DNA of 62,932 nucleotides, filler included, from Candidatus Fermentibacterota bacterium (lineage in GTDB: Bacteria; JAFGKV01), in the NCBI GenBank assembly GCA_016928395.1. It is 6 parts of 6 records of this genome, joined end to end, with 100 filler letters (N's around TTAATTAATTAA, not from the genome) between each part and the next. Parts side by side here need not be neighbours in the genome. Positions count along the whole stretch, not along the records: positions 1 to 12,169 come from JAFGKV010000118.1; 5 more parts are not named here. One strand, written 5' to 3'. The notes under the pieces are model-generated. The model saw only the letters and a list, made by a program, of their open reading frames with translations, searched no databases and was not told the origin of the DNA. Position 1 is the stretch's first letter. Every line of letters starts with the position of its first letter. Of this stretch, positions 1 to 8,742 are shown piece by piece. Position numbers and translations under genes: made by a program.

Positions 1-252
1 GTCTCCACCGTGTCAAAACACCTTTCGATCCTCAAGGCCGCCGGTATCGTTCGTGACGACAAGCGCGGAAGCCAGGTCTTCTACTCGCTCCGTCTCCCCT
101 GCGTCCTGGCCTTCTTCTCGTGCGTCGAGTCGATTCTCGCCGGTGAGCTCCAAGGGCAGGCAGAGCAGACCGGCTGCGGCCTATCCAACGTGACTGTGAA
201 CCAACCACCGGCGCTGTGCAACACGCGGAGGCCCCATGAACTGGAAGGATGA
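1..252 (+). CDS. ArsR/SmtB-family transcriptional regulator (5' truncated)
   Basis: STVSKHLSILKAAGIV..KRGSQVFYSLRLPC winged-helix signature; directly upstream of the permease. Confidence 0.85.
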   Translation, partial: VSTVSKHLSILKAAGIVRDDKRGSQVFYSLRLPCVLAFFSCVESILAGELQGQAEQTGCGLSNVTVNQPPALCNTRRPHELEG

Positions 253-1540
253 ATGGAAGAAGCTGGCGCTCATCGTCGGCGTGTTTCTCGTGTGCTTCTA
301 CCTGCCCGTGGGGAAGGCGCGCTTCGACAACGCCGTAATGGAATCGCTCCACCTGGTGAAGTGGTACGCGCAGGAACACGTGCTCCTCTGCCTCGTACCA
401 GCCTTCTTCATCGCCGGCGCCATCTCGGTGTTCGTAAGCCAGGCGTCGGTCATGAAGTACCTGGGCGCCAAAGCCAACAAGGTGCTGGCCTACGGCGTCG
501 CCTCGGTGTCGGGAACGATCCTGGCGGTGTGCTCCTGCACCGTGCTGCCACTCTTCGCAGGCATCTATCGCATGGGCGCCGGCCTGGGGCCTGCCACCGC
601 GTTTCTCTACTCCGGCCCGGCCATCAATGTTCTGGCCATTGCTTTGACGGCCCGCGTCTTGGGGCTGAAGCTGGGCATAGCTCGGGCCCTCGGCGCCATC
701 CTGTTCAGTGTCGTCATCGGGTTGCTCATGCACCTCTTCTTCCGCAAGGAAGAGGAGGCAAAGGCCGCGGCCCAGCTCTCGGCGCCGGAGCCCGAGGTAA
801 CCCGTCCACTCTGGAAGAATGCTGTCTACTTCTTTTCCATGGTCGCCATTCTGGTGTTCGCCAACTGGGGCAGGCCGGTACAGGACACCGGGCTATGGCA
901 CGCGATCCACAGCGTCAAGTGGGTCATCACCTCGATCTTCGCCGTTGCTTTGGGCGTGATCCTCGTCGCCTGGTTCAATGTTCGCTGGCAGAAGCTGCTT
1001 CCCGCGGCGATCCCCGCCATGATCCTCGCGCTGCTCCTCCCCGGCGCTCCCATGCTGCCGTTCGCGGCGGCGGTGATAGGACTCTCGGTCGTGATCAGTA
1101 CGGACAAGGGAGAGACCGGCGAGTGGTTCTCCTCATCCTGGGGCTTCGCCAAGCAGATCCTTCCGCTCCTATTCGGCGGCGTGATCGTGGCCGGGCTCCT
1201 GCTGGGAAGCCCCGAAGGGACGCAGGAGGGCCTGATCCCCTCGAAGTGGGTCTCGGGCCTGGTGGGGGGTAACTCCCTGTTTTCCAATCTCTTCGCCTCA
1301 GTCATCGGCGCCTTCATGTACTTCGCGACGCTGACCGAAGTACCCATACTGAAGGGGCTCATCGGCAACGGCATGGGTCAGGGGCCTGCCTTGGCGCTGC
1401 TACTGGCCGGCCCGGCATTGAGCCTTCCCAATATGCTCGTCATCCGCAGCATCATGGGCACGAAGAAGACGATCGTGTTCGTACTCCTCGTTGTGGTGAT
1501 GGCAACGGTGAGCGGCATGGTGTTTGGAATCATGGAATGA
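236..1540 (+). CDS. ArsP/DUF318-family permease
   Basis: 434 aa, multiple TM helices; motifs EHVLLCLVPAFFIAG, AVCSCTVLP, YSGPAIN, MYFATLTEVP, GPALSLP. Confidence 0.9.
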   Translation: MNWKDEWKKLALIVGVFLVCFYLPVGKARFDNAVMESLHLVKWYAQEHVLLCLVPAFFIAGAISVFVSQASVMKYLGAKANKVLAYGVASVSGTILAVCSCTVLPLFAGIYRMGAGLGPATAFLYSGPAINVLAIALTARVLGLKLGIARALGAILFSVVIGLLMHLFFRKEEEAKAAAQLSAPEPEVTRPLWKNAVYFFSMVAILVFANWGRPVQDTGLWHAIHSVKWVITSIFAVALGVILVAWFNVRWQKLLPAAIPAMILALLLPGAPMLPFAAAVIGLSVVISTDKGETGEWFSSSWGFAKQILPLLFGGVIVAGLLLGSPEGTQEGLIPSKWVSGLVGGNSLFSNLFASVIGAFMYFATLTEVPILKGLIGNGMGQGPALALLLAGPALSLPNMLVIRSIMGTKKTIVFVLLVVVMATVSGMVFGIME

Positions 1541-1634
1541 TGGAAGAATGGAATGGTGGAATGGAGCGAGGACGGATGGATGAATGGATGATCAAACCAT
1601 GGAATGTTGGAATACTGGAATGATGGAATGGTGG
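1525..1634 (+). repeat. Degenerate TGGAATGA 8-mer array (left arm of four-helix-bundle element)
   Basis: TGGAATCA TGGAATGA TGGAAGAA TGGAATGG ... TGGAATGT TGGAATAC TGGAATGA TGGAATGG. Confidence 0.85.
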
Positions 1635-1660
1635 CGGCAGAACCGGGGAAGGGCAGGATC

Positions 1661-2095
1661 ATGAATGAGAGAAAGAACATCAATCGGGGATACATGCGGC
1701 TGACGGTGTGGCAGGACGCATCCGACTACTACGTGGCGAGTTGCCAGATCTTCAGAGCCCTGTCCTATGACCTGAAGCGAGTATCCTCTCAGCAAGTCGC
1801 TTCAGTCGACTCGATACACAGGGATATCGCCGAAGGATACTGCCGTCGGACCATCAGGGAATACCTGCAGTACCTTAACATCGCTCTCGCATCGGCAGGC
1901 GAGTCAGTATCCGGTCTGCGCGTCTGTCTGAAGGCAGACCAAATCGATGGGGAGCAGTTCGAGTCGCTCGACCGGATGGCGTTCAAGCTGGAGAACGGAT
2001 TGATCAAGCTGATTGAGAGCCTTCAGAAGAGGCAACTGGATGGCTCGTGGGATGACAGCTTCGTGGTACGGGAGTCAAATGCCGCCTATGCGTGA
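1661..2095 (+). CDS. Four helix bundle protein (23S rRNA intervening-sequence protein / bAvd-like fold)
   Basis: LTVWQ...SVDSIHRDIAEGYCRR..REYLQYLNIALASAGE motif. Confidence 0.85.
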   Translation: MNERKNINRGYMRLTVWQDASDYYVASCQIFRALSYDLKRVSSQQVASVDSIHRDIAEGYCRRTIREYLQYLNIALASAGESVSGLRVCLKADQIDGEQFESLDRMAFKLENGLIKLIESLQKRQLDGSWDDSFVVRESNAAYA

Positions 2096-2140
2096 GAGGT
2101 CGATGGATGACTGCAGGCACCCAAGATCCCCGAATCCCCA

Positions 2141-2227
2141 TCATTCCAGCGTTCCATCGTACCATTGCTCCATCATTCCACTATTCCACCCTTCCATCAT
2201 TCCATCGTTCCATTGTTCCATCATTCC
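2141..2227 (+). repeat. Degenerate TCATTCCA 8-mer array (right arm, inverted relative to the left arm)
   Basis: About 11 units: TCATTCCA GCGTTCCA TCGTACCA TTGCTCCA TCATTCCA CTATTCCA CCCTTCCA ... Confidence 0.85.
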
Positions 2228-2252
2228 GCTGTTTCCCTTCCCGGAGGTTTTC

Positions 2253-2486
2253 ATGACAACCATTCAGATCCTGGGCACGGGGTGCCCGAAATGCAAGAAG
2301 CTTGCCGAGAATGCCGAGTCCGCGGCCAAAGAGCTGGGCATCGAGTATCAACTCGTGAAGGTGACCGACATCAACCAGATCATGAGCTTCGGCATCATGA
2401 TGACGCCTGGTCTCGCCGTAAACGGCGAGGTCAAGAGCGTCGGCAAGGTGCCGTCGGTGTCCGATATCAAGAAGCTGCTTCAGTAG
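2253..2486 (+). CDS. Small redox-active disulfide protein (MTH895-like thioredoxin)
   Basis: IQILGTGCPKC...MMTPGLAVNG; GGAGG RBS before ATG 2253. Confidence 0.9.
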   Translation: MTTIQILGTGCPKCKKLAENAESAAKELGIEYQLVKVTDINQIMSFGIMMTPGLAVNGEVKSVGKVPSVSDIKKLLQ

Positions 2487-2536
2487 TCGAAGTCATCATT
2501 CAACGAGAATTGTCTCGATATCCACAAGGAGAAGCT

Positions 2537-2989
2537 ATGGCCTCAGATCGTTGTTCATGCCAGGGAGGCACGACGTTGGTATTCGCCTGTTCCGGAGGCG
2601 CCGACGTCGGGGAGATTTCCGACCGCGCCGCCCGGCTTCTTGATGAACGGGATGTGGGCAGCATGTATTGCCTGGCCGGAGTCGGCGGCCGCGTGAGCGG
2701 CATCGTCAAGAGCACCGAGGCCGCTGACCGGGTCATCATGATCGACGGGTGCCCCCTCGATTGTGGGCGTCGTACGTTGGAGGAGGCGTCTATCCGTGGG
2801 TTCACCCATCTTCGGGTGACGGACCTCGGGTTCACGAAGGGCGACTCCCCGCCAACCAGCGACACCATCGAGTGCGTCGCCCAGGCGGCGTGCGCGGTCG
2901 TGGGCAGTGTGTGTGATTCTCCCGGCGCATCGGGGCCGGCTCAGGCGACGGCGCCTGTGTGTGTCGGCTCGCAGTGCTGCGGAGGTTGA
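2537..2989 (+). CDS. DGC-domain putative zinc-binding protein
   Basis: FACSGGADVG, MYCLAGVGG and IDGCPLDC motifs; AAGGAG RBS. Confidence 0.85.
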   Translation: MASDRCSCQGGTTLVFACSGGADVGEISDRAARLLDERDVGSMYCLAGVGGRVSGIVKSTEAADRVIMIDGCPLDCGRRTLEEASIRGFTHLRVTDLGFTKGDSPPTSDTIECVAQAACAVVGSVCDSPGASGPAQATAPVCVGSQCCGG

Positions 2990-2990
2990 G

Positions 2991-3584
2991 ATGACACTCG
3001 CAACCCGAAGCGTACTCGCGCTGATCGCTACCCTGGGATTGGCCGCCCTCTTCCTTTCATGCGGGCCCCGCGATCACTCTGGAAACCCCGGGACGGTCGC
3101 CGCAGCCCACCGTGATCCACCCCCCGCGCCGACTCCTCCAACCCCACCGGCTGCCGATACTGTCGAGGCAGATTCGGGCACGACCGTCCCCGCGGCTGCA
3201 GCCGTGGATGTTCCCCCGCGGCAGATCGCGGCGCCGGCACATCCGGCGGTCCCAAGCCCGCCTGCTCCGTCGCACTCACCGAAGCCGGCCGCCCTTCCAC
3301 GCCTCGTCGATTTGGGGGCCGACAAGTGTGTCCCTTGCAAGATGATGGCGCCGATTTTGGGTGAGCTGAAGCGCGACTACGCCGACCAGTTCGGTGTAGA
3401 GGTCATCGACGTCTGGAAGGATTCCGCGCCCGGCAGAGCCTACGGCATCAGGGTTATCCCCACGCAGATCTTCTTTGACGCCTCGGGCAAGGAGCTGTGG
3501 CGGCACGAAGGATTCATGGGCAAGGAGGATATCCTGAAAAAATGGGCGGAGCTGGGAGTAACCCTTAGACCGCCCAGAGGGTAG
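2991..3584 (+). CDS. Thioredoxin-family lipoprotein with Pro/Ala-rich linker
   Basis: Lipobox-like FLSC; LVDLGADKCVPCKMM; IPTQIFFD. Confidence 0.85.
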   Translation: MTLATRSVLALIATLGLAALFLSCGPRDHSGNPGTVAAAHRDPPPAPTPPTPPAADTVEADSGTTVPAAAAVDVPPRQIAAPAHPAVPSPPAPSHSPKPAALPRLVDLGADKCVPCKMMAPILGELKRDYADQFGVEVIDVWKDSAPGRAYGIRVIPTQIFFDASGKELWRHEGFMGKEDILKKWAELGVTLRPPRG

Positions 3585-3588
3585 CCCG

Positions 3589-4290
3589 ATGCTTGAGACC
3601 ATCTTCGTCACCCTGTCTCAAGCGGTGGAAGGGAGTGTCGCGGTTGCCCTCGCAGCCTCAGTAGCCTGGGGCATCTTGAGCATCATCTTGAGCCCCTGTC
3701 ATCTGGCGAGCATCCCGCTCATAGTCGGGTTCATCGACACGCAGGGCAGAATCTCGACGAAGCGAGCGTTCACGATCTCACTTGTCTTCTCCCTTGGCAT
3801 CCTGTTGACCATCGCGGCCATCGGTGCGGTAACCGCCGCGGCGGGTCGCATGATGGGCGATATCGGACGAACGGGGAACTACCTTGTGGCCATCGTCTTC
3901 TTCATCGTGGGGCTGCACCTGATCGGCATCATCCCACTGCCGTGGTCAGGCCCAAGCCCGGTGGGCACGAAGCGGCGAGGCATGATGGCCGCCTTCCTGC
4001 TCGGTCTCGTCTTCGGCGTTGCCCTGGGGCCGTGCACCTTCGCCTACATGGCGCCCATGCTTGCCGTGGCCTTCCGTATCGCCGCCACCAAGACCGTGTA
4101 CGGCATCGCCCTGTTGGCCATGTACGGCGTGGGGCACTGCTCGGTGATCGTGCTTGCGGGCACCTTCACCGAGGCTGTCCAGCACTACCTGAACTGGAAC
4201 GAGCGTTCCAAGGGTGCGCTTATCCTGCGGAAGGTCTGCGGCGTGCTGGTGATGCTGGGCGGCGTGTACCTGATCTACACGGCGAGATAG
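3589..4290 (+). CDS. ccdA: CcdA/DsbD-type thiol-disulfide membrane transporter
   Basis: LSPCHL and LGPCT Cys-Pro motifs in a multi-TM protein. Confidence 0.85.
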   Translation: MLETIFVTLSQAVEGSVAVALAASVAWGILSIILSPCHLASIPLIVGFIDTQGRISTKRAFTISLVFSLGILLTIAAIGAVTAAAGRMMGDIGRTGNYLVAIVFFIVGLHLIGIIPLPWSGPSPVGTKRRGMMAAFLLGLVFGVALGPCTFAYMAPMLAVAFRIAATKTVYGIALLAMYGVGHCSVIVLAGTFTEAVQHYLNWNERSKGALILRKVCGVLVMLGGVYLIYTAR

Positions 4291-4304
4291 GCAGGAGGAG
4301 GACC

Positions 4305-4802
4305 GTGGAGGCGTTTGCCAGTTTCGTCTGCATGATGGCGCTCTGCCTTGGCTCGTCCTATGCGACGCCTCCCGCGGATTGTTCCGAGGCCTCGGGCTCG
4401 GCTGTAATGGACTCGGCACCTACGGAGAGTGCCGGGGCTGACTCCACCGCGACAGACCATGGAAGTGGTTGCGTGGTTGTGTACTACTTCCACAGGACGG
4501 TGCGATGTGTGGAGTGCCTTGAGATGGAGGCATTGACCGTCAAAGCGCTGGCGAGATTCGCGCACGAGCAGGAACGAGGAACACTTGTGCTCAGGGTGCT
4601 CAACGTCGACGAGCCCGATACCGAACATTTCGTTGACGACTTCGCCGTCTACTTCAATACGATCATTCTGGCGCGTGAGGAACAGGGCACGCGAACGGCG
4701 TGGAAAGACATCGGCGTGCGTGCCTGGGAGCTGGTCCCCAACCCCGATGAGTTCATCGCATTCCTCCAGAAGGAGGTCGCCGACTGCCTGGCCGCAACGT
4801 AG
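4305..4802 (+). CDS. Exported thioredoxin-like protein (ArsF-like, YYFH..RC..C family)
   Basis: VVYYFHRTVRCVECLEME; signal peptide; AGGAGGAGG RBS before GTG. Confidence 0.75.
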   Translation: MEAFASFVCMMALCLGSSYATPPADCSEASGSAVMDSAPTESAGADSTATDHGSGCVVVYYFHRTVRCVECLEMEALTVKALARFAHEQERGTLVLRVLNVDEPDTEHFVDDFAVYFNTIILAREEQGTRTAWKDIGVRAWELVPNPDEFIAFLQKEVADCLAAT

Positions 4803-4900
4803 CCGCCAGAGGGCTTGAGAACGTGACCTGGGCCCGCGCTTGCACCAAAGGGCTCTGCAAACTCAGACAGGAGCTTCGGGGGCGATCCGCGGAAGCACAA

Positions 4901-4944
4901 ATGCATATAGGACTCGTCCTATAATGGACGAGTCCTATATGCAT
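4901..4944. repeat. Perfect 19-bp inverted repeat with TATAAT loop (possible terminator or binding site)
   Basis: ATGCATATAGGACTCGTCC-TATAAT-GGACGAGTCCTATATGCAT between convergent genes. Confidence 0.8.
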
Positions 4945-5018
4945 CTCGTCCGACCGGTTGCTCCTCAGTCCCATGGGATGGGCGAGAGCCGGTGCGGGCT
5001 CCGCGGAATCGCCCGGTC

Positions 5019-6014
5019 TCAGGGAACGTCAGTGCTGAAGTCGAACTCGCCCACGCGCCCCGACATGGTCAACACGTCGGCAGAGCCATCGACTGCGACG
5101 ACCAGGTAGGTCCAGTTTGAGTTCGGGTCTCCAATGCCATTAGGGCTCGACCAGGTCGTTGTCCCCGCGGGAAGGGTCGCCAGCAGATTGGCCGGAGCCG
5201 GTTTGAAGTACGGGTTGTTCAGCACGCCATGCACGCGGTATTGTGCGGCACCGGAGATGCCCGGCCAATCCAGAACGAGTTGACCCGCCTGCAGGTCTGG
5301 GAACAAGCCGAGCACCACTTCATGCAAGATGACGGCCTGGAGCACCTCTTTGGTGTCGTCACGCTGGGCGAATCCCACGATAGTGCAAGGCTTGTTACGC
5401 CAGCCTGTCGGGATCTGAAACTGCTGAGTCGTCTCGAATGTCTCTCCCGGATTGAGGGATGCGGCGATGCCTGTCGCATTCGGGAATACGTGCAATGCGG
5501 TGTGCGAGAGGTAGCTGAACCCGCCCCAGGTTCCCACGGTGTCATCGCCCGCCGCAACGAAACGCAGATTGAAGAATAGTGAGGAAGCGCTGGTGTTGTG
5601 GACGACCGCGCGCACGTACCCGGTGCCCGTGGCGGTGCTGTAGTCGACGAGGACCAGCTGCATGACAAACGGACTCGCAATAACCTTGCGTTGATCAAAC
5701 CGCAGGCGATACTGAGCATACGTGTCGCTCACGTTCACATACACCCCATCGATGCAGACGTTCGGAACGCCGGTGTAGCCGTAGTAGTTGCGTCGGTCGA
5801 TGTTCCCCGGGACGGTAAACGAATCACTTATGTGGTAGGCAATGATGGCCAGCGAGTCGCCGACTTCTGAGGAGAGCTGATCAAGCGCAGACTGCGCGTT
5901 GGGGCAACTCCCTCACCATGTACCGACGAAGTCTTCGGCGAGCACGGTTCGCTGCACGGCCCAGGCAGGCGTGCAGAATCCACTCAAGAGCACAAGTCCA
6001 AGCACAAGTCTCAT
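5019..6014 (-). CDS. Omp28-like secreted thioredoxin-fold probable selenoprotein (UxxC) with VGEFDF C-terminal domain
   Basis: GAGGAGG RBS; ATG 6014; signal peptide; VLAEDFVGTW-TGA-GSCP in frame with ORF 5019..5744; IIAYH and YYGYTGVPNVCIDG motifs. Confidence 0.85.
5871..5915 (-). promoter_or_regulatory. Putative bacterial SECIS element
   Basis: After UGA: lower stem GGGAGUUG/CAGCUCUC; upper stem GCGCA-GUC-UGCGC with loop G at +21. Confidence 0.7.
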
Positions 6015-6140
6015 GGCTCCCTCCTCGATGGGGAAAAAAGGAGTGCATCTGTGCGGATGCTCCAGAATATGGTGCTTCGTCTGCGGTGGTCAACCGCGCC
6101 CTCCAGGGGGAGACGCGAAGGTCGTGGAAGGATACGAGGG

Positions 6141-6247
6141 TGTCGGGCCTGAAGGCCCTCCTACAGTGCCGGCAGCTTCCCTTTGTACGAGCGGCTTCAG
6201 CCGCGACCCTGCCCGCGCATCCGTGTCGGGCCTGAAGGTTTTCCTAC
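6141..6247. repeat. GTAG-family REP cluster
   Basis: TGTCGGGCCTGAAGGCCCTCCTACA and TGTACGAGCGGCTTCAGCCGCGAC units, the same as at 10840-11102. Confidence 0.8.
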
Positions 6248-7497
6248 TCCGCCGTCGGATCCGCCACCCTTCCGAGGAAGAGGATACTGCCGGTCACATT
6301 GTCGCGGATGTAGAACAGGAAGGGATGGTCGGCCTTGAAGAACGGCGGGATGCCGGTGTACCCCATGTCGACTTCCGTCGCGGCGGCAGCTTCGGTTCCC
6401 TCCTCATTCACCTGGACAAAGGCCTTGTGACGAACGTGATCGATGAAGAGGTCATAGCGTCCGTCCATCCCGGAGAAGTCGGCGAGGAGCGGGCTGAAAG
6501 CAGACGGCATCCCCAAGCCCGAGAGGGCAGCCTCGAGGTCGAATGAGGAGGTGACGGTCCAGCGGGGGAGGAGCACCTCGGTCAGGTCACATTCACGGAT
6601 GAGCCCATACCAGTGGTCAATCTGGTCGACAGTGAGGGCCGCCTCGAGTTCATCCAGGCCATCATCGTCCTCAGGCAGTAGGATCACCATGGAAAGGTCC
6701 TCGCCTGCGTACGGCAGCTCGAGGAGCCTGACGTCGCATGGAGGCCCGTATGCATGGCCGTAGCGCTGAGTCGTGGACTTCATGCTCATGAACTGCGCTG
6801 GAACCGAGACGCCGGGCGTAACCCAGAAGGCACCCTCCTTCGTCAAGCGGGGGTCGAACTGGTTGAGCCATGTCCCCTTGAAGTAGATCGCGTTCACGAG
6901 AACAAGCCGTGTGATATCACTGATGCCGCCGGGTGGAATGAGGTCCTCGATCCGCCCATTGGTCTGCTCCTCCACCCACTGGTTGATGGCCTGGCGAGCC
7001 GCCTCATAGTCTGCTATGAAATCGACCCACTCCATCGGGGCCTTGTACGTGTCGCGCAACAACGATAGAAACGCCGCGAGGTAGTCCCAGCCCGTCTGCC
7101 CCCAGAGACGGTTGGCGATGGACAGCTCGTAGCCGCCCAGATCAATCCCGCGATTCAGGCTCTCCAGGAGCGCCCCCGATGCCTCGTGCCACTGGGGTGC
7201 GCTGCCCGGAATGTGGAGCACCTGCGCCATCTCCTGTGCCGTGTTACCCGCCGCCCCCGCATACGTCATGCTGAGGGCAGTGGCGATGCTGTAGGGCGAC
7301 ATGAACAGGTTGCCGGGCGTATCGCAGACCGCGCGGTACAGGTCGCACCCGAACTCGTTATTCGCGGCCACAACCTCATCGGCCGCCCCTCTGAGCTCCT
7401 CCGGGATCGCCCGCTCCGCGAATGGATCAGGTTCGGTAGCGTTGTCGCACGCGAGGATGAGAAGCAAGAACGCGAGAAGCAGACGTGTGGGAACCAT
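6244..7497 (-). CDS. Serpin-family serine protease inhibitor, lipoprotein
   Basis: NLFMSPYSI, LVNAIYFKG.W, hinge EEGTEAAAAT, FKADHPFLF; lipobox ILAC. Confidence 0.95.
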   Translation of the reverse strand: MVPTRLLLAFLLLILACDNATEPDPFAERAIPEELRGAADEVVAANNEFGCDLYRAVCDTPGNLFMSPYSIATALSMTYAGAAGNTAQEMAQVLHIPGSAPQWHEASGALLESLNRGIDLGGYELSIANRLWGQTGWDYLAAFLSLLRDTYKAPMEWVDFIADYEAARQAINQWVEEQTNGRIEDLIPPGGISDITRLVLVNAIYFKGTWLNQFDPRLTKEGAFWVTPGVSVPAQFMSMKSTTQRYGHAYGPPCDVRLLELPYAGEDLSMVILLPEDDDGLDELEAALTVDQIDHWYGLIRECDLTEVLLPRWTVTSSFDLEAALSGLGMPSAFSPLLADFSGMDGRYDLFIDHVRHKAFVQVNEEGTEAAAATEVDMGYTGIPPFFKADHPFLFYIRDNVTGSILFLGRVADPTAE

Positions 7498-7672
7498 ATG
7501 CCCTCCCAGTCGTGGCCTTCTCAGGCCGTGCAAGCGGAGTCCTGTACATGCGCTCCAATATACACGAGGACTCCGCCGGCGGTTGCGGGCAAGACACACG
7601 CAGACGGGCAGATCTGGGGGGCGCGATGCCGGCCGCCCGACCTGAGTATGGTCCGCACTATCGGACCACGTT

Positions 7673-7745
7673 TCTCTGGAGGGCCGCGGTCCCCGCGGCC
7701 GGCGTGAACCACGATGCACGGACGCGACGAAGCGCGTCCCTCCAT
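7673..7745 (+). repeat. TGGAGGG...CCCTCCA palindromic REP-like doublet, copy 1
   Basis: Near-identical to 10696-10769. Confidence 0.8.
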
Positions 7746-7855
7746 TGTTCACGAGGGAGCATGGCTGCGCGCTGCCGACCTATGTAGATCAGGGTTGACA
7801 TGATGGGTCACGATGGTAATACTAATACCGGTAAGAATCATGACTGGAGAATGTA

Positions 7856-8083
7856 ATGAGAGTCACTACCAAAGGTCAGGTCACTATTCCGCAGGACATC
7901 CGGGAGCGGCTCGGCATTGAGCCAGGGACCGAAGTTGAGTTCCGACTCGAAGGCACAACTGTCACGCTAGTACCGGCAGGAAGAAACAGCACAAGGGGGA
8001 AGCGAATCGTTGGGCGTCTGCGCGGCCGCGCAACGGTCAGGATGAGCACCGACCAAATCATGGCGTTGACGCGCGGTGGCTGA
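7856..8083 (+). CDS. vapB: AbrB/MazE/SpoVT-family antitoxin
   Basis: MRVTTKGQVTIP..IRE.LGI.PG.EVEF; stop overlaps the toxin start. Confidence 0.9.
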   Translation: MRVTTKGQVTIPQDIRERLGIEPGTEVEFRLEGTTVTLVPAGRNSTRGKRIVGRLRGRATVRMSTDQIMALTRGG

Positions 8084-8493
8084 TGATCGGAACATTGGTC
8101 GACAGCAACGTCATTCTGGACATCCTGACTGAGGATCCAGTGTGGTTCGCTAGGTCGTCCGATGCCGTCGAGCGTTGCGCCAACACCGGCCCGCTTTTCA
8201 TCAATGTGGTCATCTACGCGGAGGTCTCGGTTGGCTTCCAACGCATCGAAGACCTCGAAGAGGCTCTCCCCGCCTCCGACTTCCCACGGCTGCACATCCC
8301 TCTCGAGGCCGGCTTCCTTGCTGCCAAAGCGTACCAGGCCTACAGCCAAAGGGGAGGAGCCAAGACTTCGCCGCTTCCCGATTTCCTCATCGGAGCGCAT
8401 GCGGCCGTGGCGGGTCTCCAGCTGCTGACGCGCGACGCGGGCAGATACCGCACCTACTTCCCGAACGTACACATCATTGCGCCGAGCGGGTAA
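8083..8493 (+). CDS. vapC: PIN-domain VapC toxin
   Basis: LVDSNVILD...PLPDFLIGAHA...LLTRD. Confidence 0.9.
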   Translation: MIGTLVDSNVILDILTEDPVWFARSSDAVERCANTGPLFINVVIYAEVSVGFQRIEDLEEALPASDFPRLHIPLEAGFLAAKAYQAYSQRGGAKTSPLPDFLIGAHAAVAGLQLLTRDAGRYRTYFPNVHIIAPSG

Positions 8494-8564
8494 AACCGCC
8501 GGTGTGTTCCTGGGATCACAGGTTGGGCGATGACACGTCACACAACGCCTGCCTGCCATGGAAG

Positions 8565-8593
8565 TTGACGCCTTACCACAGCGCGGCTATCAT
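8565..8593 (+). promoter_or_regulatory. Putative sigma70 promoter
   Basis: TTGACG-17 bp-TATCAT upstream of the FG-GAP gene. Confidence 0.5.
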
Positions 8594-8742
8594 TAAGACG
8601 TCGTTTCGGAGGGGCCATTCCATCGGATCATTCCCTCTGAATCACTCCTCATCCCCACGAAGGAGGTGATTGGGCGACACCTCGTCTATCTGCTTGGCGG
8701 CTCATTTCCATCACGGCGGTCAGTTTCTCAAGGAGGCATTCC

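Noticed and set aside
1661-2095. Diversity-generating retroelement (Avd-like gene)
   Set aside because: No reverse transcriptase and no TR/VR pair with adenine-specific mismatches were seen.
2987-2989. TGA after CCGG in the DGC protein as selenocysteine
   Set aside because: The next gene starts 1 bp later and no SECIS-like hairpin follows.
7673-7745. Integron attC sites
   Set aside because: No RYYYAAC/GTTRRRY core boxes and no integrase in view.
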